Assembly (NCBI GenBank): GCA_015523565.1
Contig: WAKA01000046.1
Location: 1-49,819 of the forward strand
Reading direction: 5' to 3'
Source of the DNA: Candidatus Heimdallarchaeota archaeon
Lineage (GTDB): Archaea; Asgardarchaeota; Heimdallarchaeia; Heimdallarchaeales; Kariarchaeaceae
Length of the DNA: 49,819 nucleotides
Shown here piece by piece: positions 26,471 to 36,298 of the stretch. The notes under the pieces are model-generated. The model ran no database searches, was not told the origin of the DNA, and was given only the letters and a program-made list of their open reading frames with translations. Positions within the stretch are counted from its first letter, which is position 1, and every line of letters starts with the position of its first letter. The translations under genes and the position numbers were made by a program.

Positions 26471-27184
26471 ATGAGTCTAATCCCAGTGGAAGATGAGATT
26501 GAGAATCTTATTTCATCAATTCTCTTGTCAAGGCTTTCCCCTGAAGAAGCAAAATTGTTGACTGAAGATTTGGTCTACATTGCAAACTTGCCAACTGTTT
26601 CAGTCTATTCCATCACAATTGACAATGATACAAAAGGTTTCATTCTTGTTTCGCTTGTGGAAGATTATGATGAGTTTGGAAACGAGACTTCAGACCTGAT
26701 GTTGATCGAAGAAATCTGGGTTTCTGCTGAACCAAACGATCTTGTTCACTTTTCCAATGAAATTGTTCGATCAATTGAACAGATCTCCAAAGAGAAAAAT
26801 GCTTCCTCTGTAGAAGTCATGGTTACGGAATCAAGTTCATGGCTGAAACAGGGATTGGAAAACTATGGGTTTAGAATTGAAGAAATTCATGCCAAAAAAT
26901 TTATTCCATTTGAATCCTATGTCCATGATATTTTTGAATTAATTAACCAATATCTCCCATTTCCAAAAGTTATCCAGCTTTCCGCTGTCAGAGGAGACGA
27001 AGACCTGATTGAATTCGTCGACGAGGTTGAGGAAATTGATGAGATACTTTCCAATGGATGGAAACCTGAATTTTTCCATGTTGTCCTCGAACCAGATGTG
27101 GAAGACATTAAAACTCTTATCGATGACACCAATGATCCCATCAAATGGGATGAAATTGAGACAGTCTATAGGAAAGATAGGTGA
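26471..27184 (+). CDS. Acidic hypothetical protein with GNAT-like N-terminal half
   Basis: GFILVSL...LMLIEEIWVS...ISKEKNASSVEVMV...LENYGF follows GNAT strand order; the R/QxxGxG motif is not retained. Confidence 0.45.
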   Translation: MSLIPVEDEIENLISSILLSRLSPEEAKLLTEDLVYIANLPTVSVYSITIDNDTKGFILVSLVEDYDEFGNETSDLMLIEEIWVSAEPNDLVHFSNEIVRSIEQISKEKNASSVEVMVTESSSWLKQGLENYGFRIEEIHAKKFIPFESYVHDIFELINQYLPFPKVIQLSAVRGDEDLIEFVDEVEEIDEILSNGWKPEFFHVVLEPDVEDIKTLIDDTNDPIKWDEIETVYRKDR

Positions 27185-27190
27185 CGAAAT

Positions 27191-28786
27191 TTGGTTGAAG
27201 AATTAGATGAAGGATTTTGGGCAGTTCAAGTTGCAAATGAGGCAACTAAAACGTTTGGTGATACACATGTGATTTGTGGTGGATGGTCCCCTTCAGGGTC
27301 TTTTCATATTGGGAATGCAAGGGAGATCATCACTGGTTACGCAATCCACCATCAGCTTCTCCTGCAAAATTCAAAATCAAAATTGACATTTGTGATCGAT
27401 GATTTTGACTCTTTTGACCGCATCCCTAAAACCCTTAAGAATTTCAAGGACAAATTACGACCATATTTGGGCAAGTCAATTCATATGATCCCTGACCCAT
27501 ACGGTGAAGAAGAAAGCTATGCTGCCAACTTCACAAAAACCTTTGTTGATGCAATGGAAGACTGGGGATTGGATATTGACATTAAATCTGCCTATGAAAT
27601 GTATCAAGATGGAAAATACGACAAATACCTGAAAACTTACCTCGAAAAAAAAGATGAAGTCCAAAAAATCATGGAGGAAATTGCAGGAAATCAACTGGAT
27701 AGCTTTGTCAATGTTGTTTGTCCAAACTGTGGTAATCTTAGGACAACTGTTCTCCTCTCTTTTGAAAATGATGTCATGGAATTTGTCTGTGAAAGCAAAA
27801 ACCAATTCAAGGGGTGCGGATATAAGGGCACAACAAAAATCAAGGATCATCATTGGAAACTTAAATGGAGATTGGATTGGCCTGCTCGTCAAAATTTCCT
27901 GAAAGTCACTGTTGAACCAGCAGGTAAGGATCATTCTGTGGCAGGGGGATCCATTGATACTTCTTTGGAAATACACCGACGTATTTTCAACTCTCCTCCA
28001 CCGATCATGCCTAGATATGGCTTTATTACGATGAATGGCAAAAAACTTAGTGGAAGTAAAGGTACTGGCATTCCTGCAAAGGATCTTCGCAAATTACTGA
28101 ATCCAGAGTGCTATTTCTTCCTAGTTTTCAAAAATGGACTGAGAAAAGACGTGGAATTCAATTATAGATCTCTTGACTATGCAAGGCTTGTTGATCAATT
28201 TGTAATGGCTCGTCGATATCTCAACGGATATGAGTATCCTGGAACTGAACGCCAACTTGAGAAACTGAAATTGGCCGTAAGACTTGCCTTGAATGATGAT
28301 CATGTTAGTGTAATTCCTCCCGATATTGGAATTGCTGAACTTCTTTTGGTTTACCAAAGCAGTTTGAGAAATGTTGCATTGACAATTGAAAAATTCAGGA
28401 AAATGGGGAAGATTACCGCAGAAGATTCAATTGATGAACTGAAGGAAAGGTTAATGCAGGCTGAATATTGGCTTGACAATTATGCACCAACTTCAATGAA
28501 ATTTGAAATTCTTGAAACCCCGCCAGAAATTGCAAAACAATATTGGACTGATGAAATTAAGCAATATTGGATTGAATGCCTACATTCAATTCAGCCTGAT
28601 ATGTCCCCTGAAGATATCACGCTTGTAATTCGTTCAAAAGCAAAGGAAATGGATCTTCCAATTAGATCGATTTATCAGGCATTCTATGTTTTGTTACTCG
28701 GTAAACCTGCTGGTCCCAATGCATCACAGTTGATACTGACTTTAGGAAAGGATTATATTCTTTCTTCCATTTCCAAGATTGAATAA
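27191..28786 (+). CDS. lysS: Lysine--tRNA ligase, class I
   Basis: FWA, SPSGSFHIGNARE, IPDPYG, CPNCG, KLKWRLDWPAR, EPAGKDH, KLSGSKG, LLGKPAGP. Confidence 0.95.
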   Translation: MVEELDEGFWAVQVANEATKTFGDTHVICGGWSPSGSFHIGNAREIITGYAIHHQLLLQNSKSKLTFVIDDFDSFDRIPKTLKNFKDKLRPYLGKSIHMIPDPYGEEESYAANFTKTFVDAMEDWGLDIDIKSAYEMYQDGKYDKYLKTYLEKKDEVQKIMEEIAGNQLDSFVNVVCPNCGNLRTTVLLSFENDVMEFVCESKNQFKGCGYKGTTKIKDHHWKLKWRLDWPARQNFLKVTVEPAGKDHSVAGGSIDTSLEIHRRIFNSPPPIMPRYGFITMNGKKLSGSKGTGIPAKDLRKLLNPECYFFLVFKNGLRKDVEFNYRSLDYARLVDQFVMARRYLNGYEYPGTERQLEKLKLAVRLALNDDHVSVIPPDIGIAELLLVYQSSLRNVALTIEKFRKMGKITAEDSIDELKERLMQAEYWLDNYAPTSMKFEILETPPEIAKQYWTDEIKQYWIECLHSIQPDMSPEDITLVIRSKAKEMDLPIRSIYQAFYVLLLGKPAGPNASQLILTLGKDYILSSISKIE

Positions 28787-28925
28787 AAGCGCGCGCTTTC
28801 TTAGAGAAATTGAATGAAAATAGCGCTTTTTTATCTTTCAAAATCCAAATTTTGTGTAATTTCCATTGATTTTCAAACATTATGGAAAATTTTTAATAGC
28901 AAAAAAAAAGTGCGAATATTTGCAG

Positions 28926-29219
28926 ATGACCCCTGATTACTCAATTGACATTCCCGATGAAGATGAACAATTCCATTGCCTTAACAATTCGTGTTCATTT
29001 GATTTCTCTCCTATGATGTATGGCAAATCACAGCGTTTGGTCAATTTGTCAAAGGGTTCTGCCAGTCTTGAAAATGGCTATTTCAAATGTCCTGTTTGTA
29101 ATACCGTTTATGAGGTGAAATATGTGATGCTCATGGATCAATCTCGTCGATTGGTCTCATCATTGTTTTTGAATCATCCCAAACCACTAAAATGGGGAAT
29201 GCAGGTGGCCGCATCATAA
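28926..29219 (+). CDS. Small zinc-ribbon-like hypothetical protein
   Basis: ATG 28926; FHCLNNSC ... FKCPVCNTVY. Confidence 0.55.
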   Translation: MTPDYSIDIPDEDEQFHCLNNSCSFDFSPMMYGKSQRLVNLSKGSASLENGYFKCPVCNTVYEVKYVMLMDQSRRLVSSLFLNHPKPLKWGMQVAAS

Positions 29220-29301
29220 GTCGGAATTTTACTCCTGATTTTTTCTGCATTTTTGTTCTTTAAATTAGAAGAATTTAATTTCTCTCAAATAACAGGCACT
29301 T

Positions 29302-30381
29302 ATGGATTTTCAGATTACCTCTTTGGTAATTATTGGCGGCTTTCTGCTTGTCGGTCTGGTTTCTATGCTTAACTCCCGGAAATATGCCTCAGGAAGTCTT
29401 ATTCGGCTTGAACGAAGGTTTTCATTTCTGAATTTCATTGGTGGAGGTTTATTTGGCATTGCAATTTATTATTTGCTCGATGGTAATTTGTTTTCTCCAG
29501 AAGTGGTTTCCTCATCAGCTTTTCTTAGCTTCGTTGGAGGGTTGCATCCCTTTACTTTGGCATCTCTATATTTGATTGTTGGAATTCTTTTCTTCTTTTT
29601 AAGCAAAAGAGGACTTGAAGAACAAATTACCAACCCTGTGGAGCAATTTTCACAGGCAATGTCCATTTATGGGTCAAAAGGCATTTTCATTAGACTATTG
29701 GAACTTGGTGCATTGGAATTTAGGCTGTTCGCAAGGAAATTCAATGAGGCAACATTGAACATTGCCAATGATTTGGACATTGTCAAGGAATACTTTGACG
29801 AAGTCATAGAGAATTTAAATGAGGTAAACCACCAAATCAATTCTTTCAACAAAGAGACTGTCAATTTCAAATCATATCTGCAAAATTTCACGAACATGGT
29901 AAAATCTCAAGAAAAAATCGTGACATATCTTGAATCCATGAAGATGGATGCAAAAAACTGGTTTGAGAATTCTGGCAATAAGATTTCTGAAATTAGCAAT
30001 GAACTACTTGTTCTTTCTGAATCATTGAATTTGATGACAATCAACATCGCCATTGAAGCTGCAAACTCGGGGGTGGAACAATTCCATGAAATTGCCACAA
30101 AAAGCAGGGAAATATTCCAGACTTTTGAAAAGCTTACAATTGAGTTGATCCGAGAAATTGGCGTCCTGAAATCCTTGATGACAAACCATTTCCAGAATAT
30201 AGAATCAATAACTTCCTCTTCTGGCGAAGGTGAAACCAGCATTCAAATTCTTGATACTGTCAAGAACATTATTGAGTTGCTGGAAATGCAAATGACAAAA
30301 CGTCTTGCAGTGAGGTCTGAAATCGAAAGAATTGACCGCACCCTCCTCAAAATCCATGAAACCTTGCCAAAAGGGTATTGA
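29302..30381 (+). CDS. Membrane protein with HAMP and degenerate methyl-accepting chemotaxis (MCP-like) signalling domain
   Basis: Three TM helices; HAMP-like TNPVEQFSQAM...EFRLFARKFNEAT; LNLMTINIAIEAANSG (cf. [16 protein letters not shown]). Confidence 0.65.
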   Translation: MDFQITSLVIIGGFLLVGLVSMLNSRKYASGSLIRLERRFSFLNFIGGGLFGIAIYYLLDGNLFSPEVVSSSAFLSFVGGLHPFTLASLYLIVGILFFFLSKRGLEEQITNPVEQFSQAMSIYGSKGIFIRLLELGALEFRLFARKFNEATLNIANDLDIVKEYFDEVIENLNEVNHQINSFNKETVNFKSYLQNFTNMVKSQEKIVTYLESMKMDAKNWFENSGNKISEISNELLVLSESLNLMTINIAIEAANSGVEQFHEIATKSREIFQTFEKLTIELIREIGVLKSLMTNHFQNIESITSSSGEGETSIQILDTVKNIIELLEMQMTKRLAVRSEIERIDRTLLKIHETLPKGY

Positions 30382-30427
30382 AATGGTCGATACTATCAAA
30401 TACATTCAAACAAAGGATTGAATTGAA

Positions 30428-30835
30428 TTGTCTCAAGTTGATTTTACCAAAGACATCTGGAAACGATTTGCCGATATTTTGGAAACATTCTTGAATTCAT
30501 TGAACAATGGTACTTTTTTGATTATATTGTTGGGAATTGTTCTCTTAATGGATACTGTTTTCTATAATTGGGATCAAACAAATTCATTTTATTTAGGTGT
30601 TCTTTATCTCTTAGCCTTTACAACATTTGCAACACAGTATTGGCGTACCAAAAAACGTCTCTCAAAAATTATTGCGTTCTTATCTTTCCTTGCCTTTTTC
30701 TCTTTGGATTTGCTTTTTTATGTCTTGATCGTATTGAATGAGGGAATTACTGATTATCTTGGGTTATCTCTTTCAATATTGGATGGGATCGGTATTGTTT
30801 TTCTAGTTTATTGGTCAATTAAGAACCTAAATTAA
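30428..30835 (+). CDS. Four-TM membrane protein of unknown function
   Basis: Four hydrophobic segments in 135 aa. Confidence 0.6.
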   Translation: MSQVDFTKDIWKRFADILETFLNSLNNGTFLIILLGIVLLMDTVFYNWDQTNSFYLGVLYLLAFTTFATQYWRTKKRLSKIIAFLSFLAFFSLDLLFYVLIVLNEGITDYLGLSLSILDGIGIVFLVYWSIKNLN

Positions 30836-31042
30836 CTCAGATCTAATTCTTATGAGTGAATAATGTGGAACAAAATTAACCCTGTTTTTAGCTACTCTGC
30901 TCATTTCCTCAAAAGTGATTCCTATTTCATCTATTGCCAATATTTTGCAATCTGTTATTTTTTCCACCTTGTCTCCCTCCTTGATGAAAATAGTATATTC
31001 ATTTTTTCTGTCTGTCAACAATTTGAAATGGTCAACTGTCAT
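30827..31042 (-). CDS. Small beta-rich protein, possible Sm/Hfq-like fold
   Basis: 71 aa: short helix then strands (YTIFIKEG..., CKILAIDEIGITF..., NFVPHYSLIRI). Confidence 0.45.
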   Translation of the reverse strand: MTVDHFKLLTDRKNEYTIFIKEGDKVEKITDCKILAIDEIGITFEEMSRVAKNRVNFVPHYSLIRIRSELI

Positions 31043-31083
31043 AACATGTTACTTTTCATGCAAAATAAAAAAGGTTACTGAAT

Positions 31084-31542
31084 TTATTCTTGGAGAAATT
31101 CTGGTTGACTCACAGATTTTGTCAAAACCACAAATGTTGTCGTATGTTCCACCCCGTTCACCTTTCTGATTGATTCAATGGCGTTTTTCAGGTGAACATC
31201 CTTTTGCATATGGAGAATGACAAACAAATCAATGTCTCCTGTTGTCTCATAAATTGCTTCTATGCCATGAGGGATTTTCTCAAATATTTTGTCCCGAACC
31301 TTTCCTGGTTCAACCGTTCCCCCGATGTTAACCCCTACAATTGCCCTAATCCCTGCCATTTGTTCACTCAATCTGATGGTAAACCCTTCAATAATTCCTC
31401 TTTCAAGAAGTTTCTTTATTCTTTTCCGTACTGCTCCCTCTGTTATGTTCAGTTGCCTTGCGATTTCTGTATTTTTCTCTCTTGCATTCTTTTGAAGAAT
31501 CTGGATGATTTTTTGGTCAATTGAATCTAATTTGTCGCGCAT
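31084..31542 (-). CDS. Lrp/AsnC family transcriptional regulator
   Basis: LDSIDQKIIQILQKNAREKNTEIARQLNITEGAVRKRIKKLLERGIIEGFTI; YETTGDIDL. ATG 31542 with GAGG/AGGTG SD. Confidence 0.92.
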   Translation of the reverse strand: MRDKLDSIDQKIIQILQKNAREKNTEIARQLNITEGAVRKRIKKLLERGIIEGFTIRLSEQMAGIRAIVGVNIGGTVEPGKVRDKIFEKIPHGIEAIYETTGDIDLFVILHMQKDVHLKNAIESIRKVNGVEHTTTFVVLTKSVSQPEFLQE

Positions 31543-31701
31543 ACACCTATCCTCAATTGCGTAATTCGGACTAGACCTTTTTAACTTGTTCTTCCTTTGA
31601 ATGAAAAAAATATCCCTTTTTTTTAGTTTAATAACTATACTTGTGTGTGTAATTGACTTTCCTAGCAATTCCCAAAACTTCTATAGGCTTGCTATTAAGA
31701 A

Positions 31702-32613
31702 ATGAATGTGGAACCCCGCTTTAGACCAGAATTTGTACTGTTAATCGGAGTGCTTGCAGTGACCACTTCATCTTTTATCGTTTTGGGTGCAAAATCCTCC
31801 AATGGTCATGCCGTTGATAGGGTCTCTTTAGCAATGTTTCGAGTTCTTTTTACATCTTTGATCTCCTATGGTCTATTATACAAAATTCTAGGGATGAATC
31901 CCCATCCAAAAATGGAAACTACTGGTTCTTCATTATTGGAACGAATCCCTTCTCCGTTGGTTGTCATAATTTCTGGAATTTCCCTTGGGCTTCATTTCGG
32001 TCTTTGGTTCATTTCTTTGGACTACCTACCTGTTGGTGTTTCTTTAGCCTTGACCAATAGCGCTCCATTGTTCATTGTTCTTCTTACATGGTTGTTTTAT
32101 CATGAAAAGAGTCGTCCCCTGCAAATCATTGGCGTTGTCATTGGTGTTTTAGGGACTGCTGTGTTAAGTTGGGAATCTAGTTATGATACTGATATTTTCA
32201 TTAATGGTACCCTTTATGCTTTCCTTTCAGCCATTGCCTTGGCGGTTTATTTGTCACTGGCTAAAAGAGGCATTCATGATGATGGTCTTTGGAAATATTT
32301 TGGGAAAGTCAACTTTATGGCGGCTTTATTCCTTTTCACATGGGCAATGACCACAAATGGCTTTGAACCGACTCCTCAAGCTGTTTTGAATGGACTATTG
32401 CTCGCGTTAATTCCAGGGACAATCGGGCATGCTTCTTTTCAATATGCCATGAGTCGTCTGAAAAGTGCATTGGTTTCTGTTTCGATATTGGGTGAACCAT
32501 TACTGGGCGCCCTGTTTGCTTGGTTGATCTACAGTCAATATCTCTCATTTTTACAAATTGTGGGAATTTTTACCATCTTGTTTGGCATTTATCTTGCTTC
32601 ATCAAACAAATGA
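31702..32613 (+). CDS. EamA/DMT family transporter
   Basis: About 10 TM helices; LHFGLWFISL, LTNSAPLF, GHASFQYAM, SILGEPLLGALFAW. Confidence 0.88.
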   Translation: MNVEPRFRPEFVLLIGVLAVTTSSFIVLGAKSSNGHAVDRVSLAMFRVLFTSLISYGLLYKILGMNPHPKMETTGSSLLERIPSPLVVIISGISLGLHFGLWFISLDYLPVGVSLALTNSAPLFIVLLTWLFYHEKSRPLQIIGVVIGVLGTAVLSWESSYDTDIFINGTLYAFLSAIALAVYLSLAKRGIHDDGLWKYFGKVNFMAALFLFTWAMTTNGFEPTPQAVLNGLLLALIPGTIGHASFQYAMSRLKSALVSVSILGEPLLGALFAWLIYSQYLSFLQIVGIFTILFGIYLASSNK

Positions 32614-32872
32614 TTGTTTACACTACGTGGTATGCATTTGAAATTTCCGTTCTAGTGTACTTTTAGTAAGGTATTCTCCCTATCATAGCAGTGTGGGCAA
32701 TCTGTTCTATACTTCATGCCCCTTCAAAAAATGTTGCCTTATTTTCTTCCATTCTATTTTACCTACTCCCCTGCTTTTGAACAGTAACTTTAGATTTTTA
32801 TTGTACTTCGAGAATATTAGATTGCATATAACATCCAAATTATGCTAATCCAAGTAAGCGAGGTAATGAAAA

Positions 32873-34507
32873 ATGACACTTACAGGACAACCAGTTATTA
32901 TTCTAAAAGAAGGTACTACAAGAACAAGAGGAAAGGACGCACTAAGAAACAATATTCAAGCTGCCAAGGTCATTGCAGAGGCAGTTAAGTCATCTCTTGG
33001 TCCCAAAGGGATGGACAAGATGTTGGTCGATAATTTTGGTGATGTTGTCATCACAAATGATGGGGCAACAATCCTGAAAGAGATTGATATTCAACACCCA
33101 GGTGCAAAATTTGTTGTGGAACTTGCCAAGACTCAAGACCAAGAGGTTGGTGACGGAACCACAAGCGTTGTTGTCCTTGCAGGTGAACTATTGAAAAGAG
33201 CAGAGGATCTGTTGGATCAAAACATTCATCCTTCTGTTATCGTTGAAGGTTATAAGCTTGCAAGACAGAAATCCTTGGAAATTTTAAGGAACAAGGCCAT
33301 CTCAATCTCTGAAGACGATCGGGATGCCCTCATCAACATTGCAAAAACCTCAATGTCCTCAAAAATCGTTAAGATTGAAGATGAGCACCTCGCAAACATT
33401 ATCGTTGATGCAGTGTTGAATGTTGTTCAAAAGAAAGAGGACGGTTCTTCTGTTGTTGACCTTGATGATATCGTCATTGTCAAAAAGATCGGCGATTCCT
33501 TGAGGGAAACTGAACTTGTCAAGGGATTGGTGGTCGACAAGGAGTTTGTCCACCCTGACATGCCAACAACAATAAAAGATGCAAAAGTTCTTGTCATCAA
33601 CAAGGCATTGGAAATTACAAAGACTGAATTTGACGCAAAACTTTCTATTTCTACACCAGAGGAAGTTCAAAAGTTCCTTGAAAGAGAAAGGTCCATGCTT
33701 AAGGAAATGGCGGATAAGATTATCAAATCTGGTGCAAATGTAGTGTTCGCACAAAAGGGAATTGATGACTCAATCCAACACTTCCTTGCTGATGCCAATG
33801 TTTCAGCTGTTAGAAGGGTCAAAAAATCTGATATCGAAAGAATTTCTGAAATTACAGGTGCCACAATTGTCACTAACTTGGAGGACCTTGACCCTTCATA
33901 TTTGGGAAGCGCCGAATTGATTGAACAGAAGAACATTGCCGGCGATGATATGATCTTCATTCGCGGAACTCCCAAATCAACTGTTGTAACCATACTCATC
34001 AGGGGTGGAACTGATTTTGTCCTTGATGAATATGAACGATCCATTCATGACGCATTATCTGTCGTCAGGAATATAATCGAGGACAAGGCACTGGTTCCTG
34101 GTGGCGGCGCTATTGAACTCCTCCTATCCCGTGAACTTAACGAGTATGCTGACACCCAACCTTCAAAAATACAACTGGCTATCCGTGCATTCTCACAGGC
34201 ATTGCTTGTCATTCCAAAAACCCTTGCAGAGAATGCCGGTCTTGACCCAATCGAGATGATTGGTGAAATGAACAACTACTTTGCCGAAGATAAGACATCC
34301 TATGGAATCAATCCATTTACTGGTAAAGTGGAAGACATGGCTAAGTTGGGTGTGCTGGAACCATCCCGCGTTAAGGATCAGGCAATTTCTTCTGCCGCAG
34401 AGGCTGCCACAATTCTCTTAAGAATTGATGATATTGTGTCTGCAAAAGACTTAAGTGATAGCGGTGACAGCAATCCACCACCTGGCGGAATGGACGACGA
34501 TTTCTGA
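32873..34507 (+). CDS. Thermosome (group II chaperonin) subunit
   Basis: [49 protein letters not shown]; GAGGT SD upstream. Confidence 0.97.
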   Translation: MTLTGQPVIILKEGTTRTRGKDALRNNIQAAKVIAEAVKSSLGPKGMDKMLVDNFGDVVITNDGATILKEIDIQHPGAKFVVELAKTQDQEVGDGTTSVVVLAGELLKRAEDLLDQNIHPSVIVEGYKLARQKSLEILRNKAISISEDDRDALINIAKTSMSSKIVKIEDEHLANIIVDAVLNVVQKKEDGSSVVDLDDIVIVKKIGDSLRETELVKGLVVDKEFVHPDMPTTIKDAKVLVINKALEITKTEFDAKLSISTPEEVQKFLERERSMLKEMADKIIKSGANVVFAQKGIDDSIQHFLADANVSAVRRVKKSDIERISEITGATIVTNLEDLDPSYLGSAELIEQKNIAGDDMIFIRGTPKSTVVTILIRGGTDFVLDEYERSIHDALSVVRNIIEDKALVPGGGAIELLLSRELNEYADTQPSKIQLAIRAFSQALLVIPKTLAENAGLDPIEMIGEMNNYFAEDKTSYGINPFTGKVEDMAKLGVLEPSRVKDQAISSAAEAATILLRIDDIVSAKDLSDSGDSNPPPGGMDDDF

Positions 34508-34545
34508 ATGAAAGGCTTTTGAACTGAGTGATATACTGAATATCA

Positions 34546-35607
34546 ATGAGATTGTTGTTTCTGTTTTTATTATTGGCATCCGTAATTTTTTATTCTGTTC
34601 CTGTTCAATCAACAAATGAAATTACTCCTGATCTATTGTTGTCTTATGTCGATACTCAACTGAAAATTGGCTACCGAATCCCTGGTACTGCTGAATCTCA
34701 TGAATTTATGAGATTTGTTGCCAATTTCACTGAAAAAACAGATAGTTGGCAAATACAATTTCACAATTTTACTTATGACGGTGTGGAATTGGCAAATATC
34801 CTAATAACAAAAACAAGTTATGGCTCTGTAAAGATTGGTGAAAACAACAGCTATTTTCCCAAAATTCTTATTGGTGCACATTTCGACAGCCGGGCTAAGG
34901 CGACGAAGGATCCCTTATTTAATGATAGGCCTGTCCCTGGGGCTAATGATGGCGGTTCTGGCGTTGCAATCATTTTGGGATTGATGAAAGCTCTTGATCA
35001 ATTCAATTTGGACATTGGCTTTGTTTTGTTTGATGCGGAAGATCAGGGTTATGACAGGGATGCTGGTATTCCTGGGTGGTCATGGATAATTGGTTCGACA
35101 CGTTTTGCAGAAGCATTGTCTGTATCTCAAGTCAACAAGTTGGAAAATTTCATTCTTCTTGACATGGTGGGGGATAAGGATTTGCAATTGAAAAGAGAAA
35201 GGAATAGCGATGCTGAATTGACAAATGAGATATGGAACATTGCTTCAGAAATGGGCTATGGTCAATTTATGAACACATCTGGCTATTCCTTGATTGATGA
35301 TCACATACCTTTCATAAACAGGGGAATAACGTCAGTTGACATAATTGATTTTGATTTCCCCTATCATCATACAGTCAACGATGATTTAAGTTCCATAAGT
35401 GGTGAATCTTTGTTTGCAGTATATGATGTAGTTCTTTCATGGGTGTTATCCATAAACAATCTTTCATCCTCATTAACAGATAATGTGTCATTATCTTCCA
35501 CTTTTTCAGTATCTTCCGTCAAACGTAATGCTTCTCTTGAAATTTTCTATTCCCTAATCTTTGTTCCAGTCTTTTTTAAGAAGATTAAGCGTCTTTCTAA
35601 ATCTTGA
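34546..35607 (+). CDS. Secreted M28 metallopeptidase / glutaminyl-cyclase-like protein with C-terminal membrane anchor
   Basis: Signal peptide; GAHFDSR, GANDGGSG, FDAED, LLDMVG, DDHIPF, HHTVND; Ser-rich linker + hydrophobic segment + basic tail. Confidence 0.85.
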   Translation: MRLLFLFLLLASVIFYSVPVQSTNEITPDLLLSYVDTQLKIGYRIPGTAESHEFMRFVANFTEKTDSWQIQFHNFTYDGVELANILITKTSYGSVKIGENNSYFPKILIGAHFDSRAKATKDPLFNDRPVPGANDGGSGVAIILGLMKALDQFNLDIGFVLFDAEDQGYDRDAGIPGWSWIIGSTRFAEALSVSQVNKLENFILLDMVGDKDLQLKRERNSDAELTNEIWNIASEMGYGQFMNTSGYSLIDDHIPFINRGITSVDIIDFDFPYHHTVNDDLSSISGESLFAVYDVVLSWVLSINNLSSSLTDNVSLSSTFSVSSVKRNASLEIFYSLIFVPVFFKKIKRLSKS

Positions 35608-36099
35608 ACTGGAAATTCCACACGTTTTCCATACCTTTTCCTGTGATAGGTTTAAATTATATTTATTGGCGGAAAGGTATACCAATGAGGCACATAATGC
35701 GGGAATGTCATTATATGTTTTCAAATTGAATTCCTTGATTTCCCTGTCGATTTTTGATCTGGATTCAAGATTGAAATTGAATAATGGTCTTATTGATGCC
35801 CAATAGCTCCAAAGTGAAAGCAATGGCAAACGCCACCCTGTTTGAGCAAGTATTTGACCTATTTTTTGTTCATACTCCTTTTTTGTTCTCATCAAAGAAT
35901 TGTCCCATACATTTCGGATTTTGCATGATAAAATAAAAGCTTCCCATGGTCTAAAGCCAATTTTCTTCATTACTATTAGGAAAGTTGCTTGAAATTTCCA
36001 ATGGGCTCTTTTCAGGGTTGCTGTCAACGCTGATGGCAAATCCGCCCCCATCTTTTCAATAATTGCATTCACTTTTGATCGGAATGCTTGCTGATCCAC
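35554..36099 (-). CDS. Truncated TFB/TFIIB-like (cyclin-fold repeat) protein
   Basis: C-terminal PALCASLVYLSANKYNLNLSQEKVWKTCGISSSRFRKTLNLL resembles TFB repeat 2 (P.GLAAAALYIA....TQREVA...GVTE.TIR); no N-terminal Zn ribbon in frame. Confidence 0.55.
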   Translation of the reverse strand: MDQQAFRSKVNAIIEKMGADLPSALTATLKRAHWKFQATFLIVMKKIGFRPWEAFILSCKIRNVWDNSLMRTKKEYEQKIGQILAQTGWRLPLLSLWSYWASIRPLFNFNLESRSKIDREIKEFNLKTYNDIPALCASLVYLSANKYNLNLSQEKVWKTCGISSSRFRKTLNLLKKDWNKD

Positions 36100-36298
36100 A
36101 TGTGCAATTGTTTTGCCTTTTGAAAAATTCTTGCTTTATTTCCCTATTCCCAATTGTACTATGTTGATACAGTATCATATATTTTGAATGATATTCGGTT
36201 TTGTGCTTGATTTTTTGAACTCTGTTTCAATTATTGTAGGGAACAAACAAATAAGGTTTTATCATCAAGGTGAATTCCTTCAATCGAGAGTGTAAATC

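Noticed and set aside
32589-32717. Minus-strand MKYRTDCPHCYDRENTLLKVH*NGNFKCIPR... as a Zn ribbon with amber read-through or as a pseudogene
   Set aside because: Only three Cys, an in-frame TAG, overlap with the EamA 3' end, and no pyrrolysine machinery visible; not distinguishable from chance.
32806-32820. cTTCgaGAAtaTTAg, resembling a eukaryotic heat-shock element, upstream of the thermosome gene
   Set aside because: The same TTCGAGAA core also occurs near 15284 (inside a CDS) and 49740, and no HSF homologue is in view. It would need enrichment upstream of other chaperone genes to be credible.
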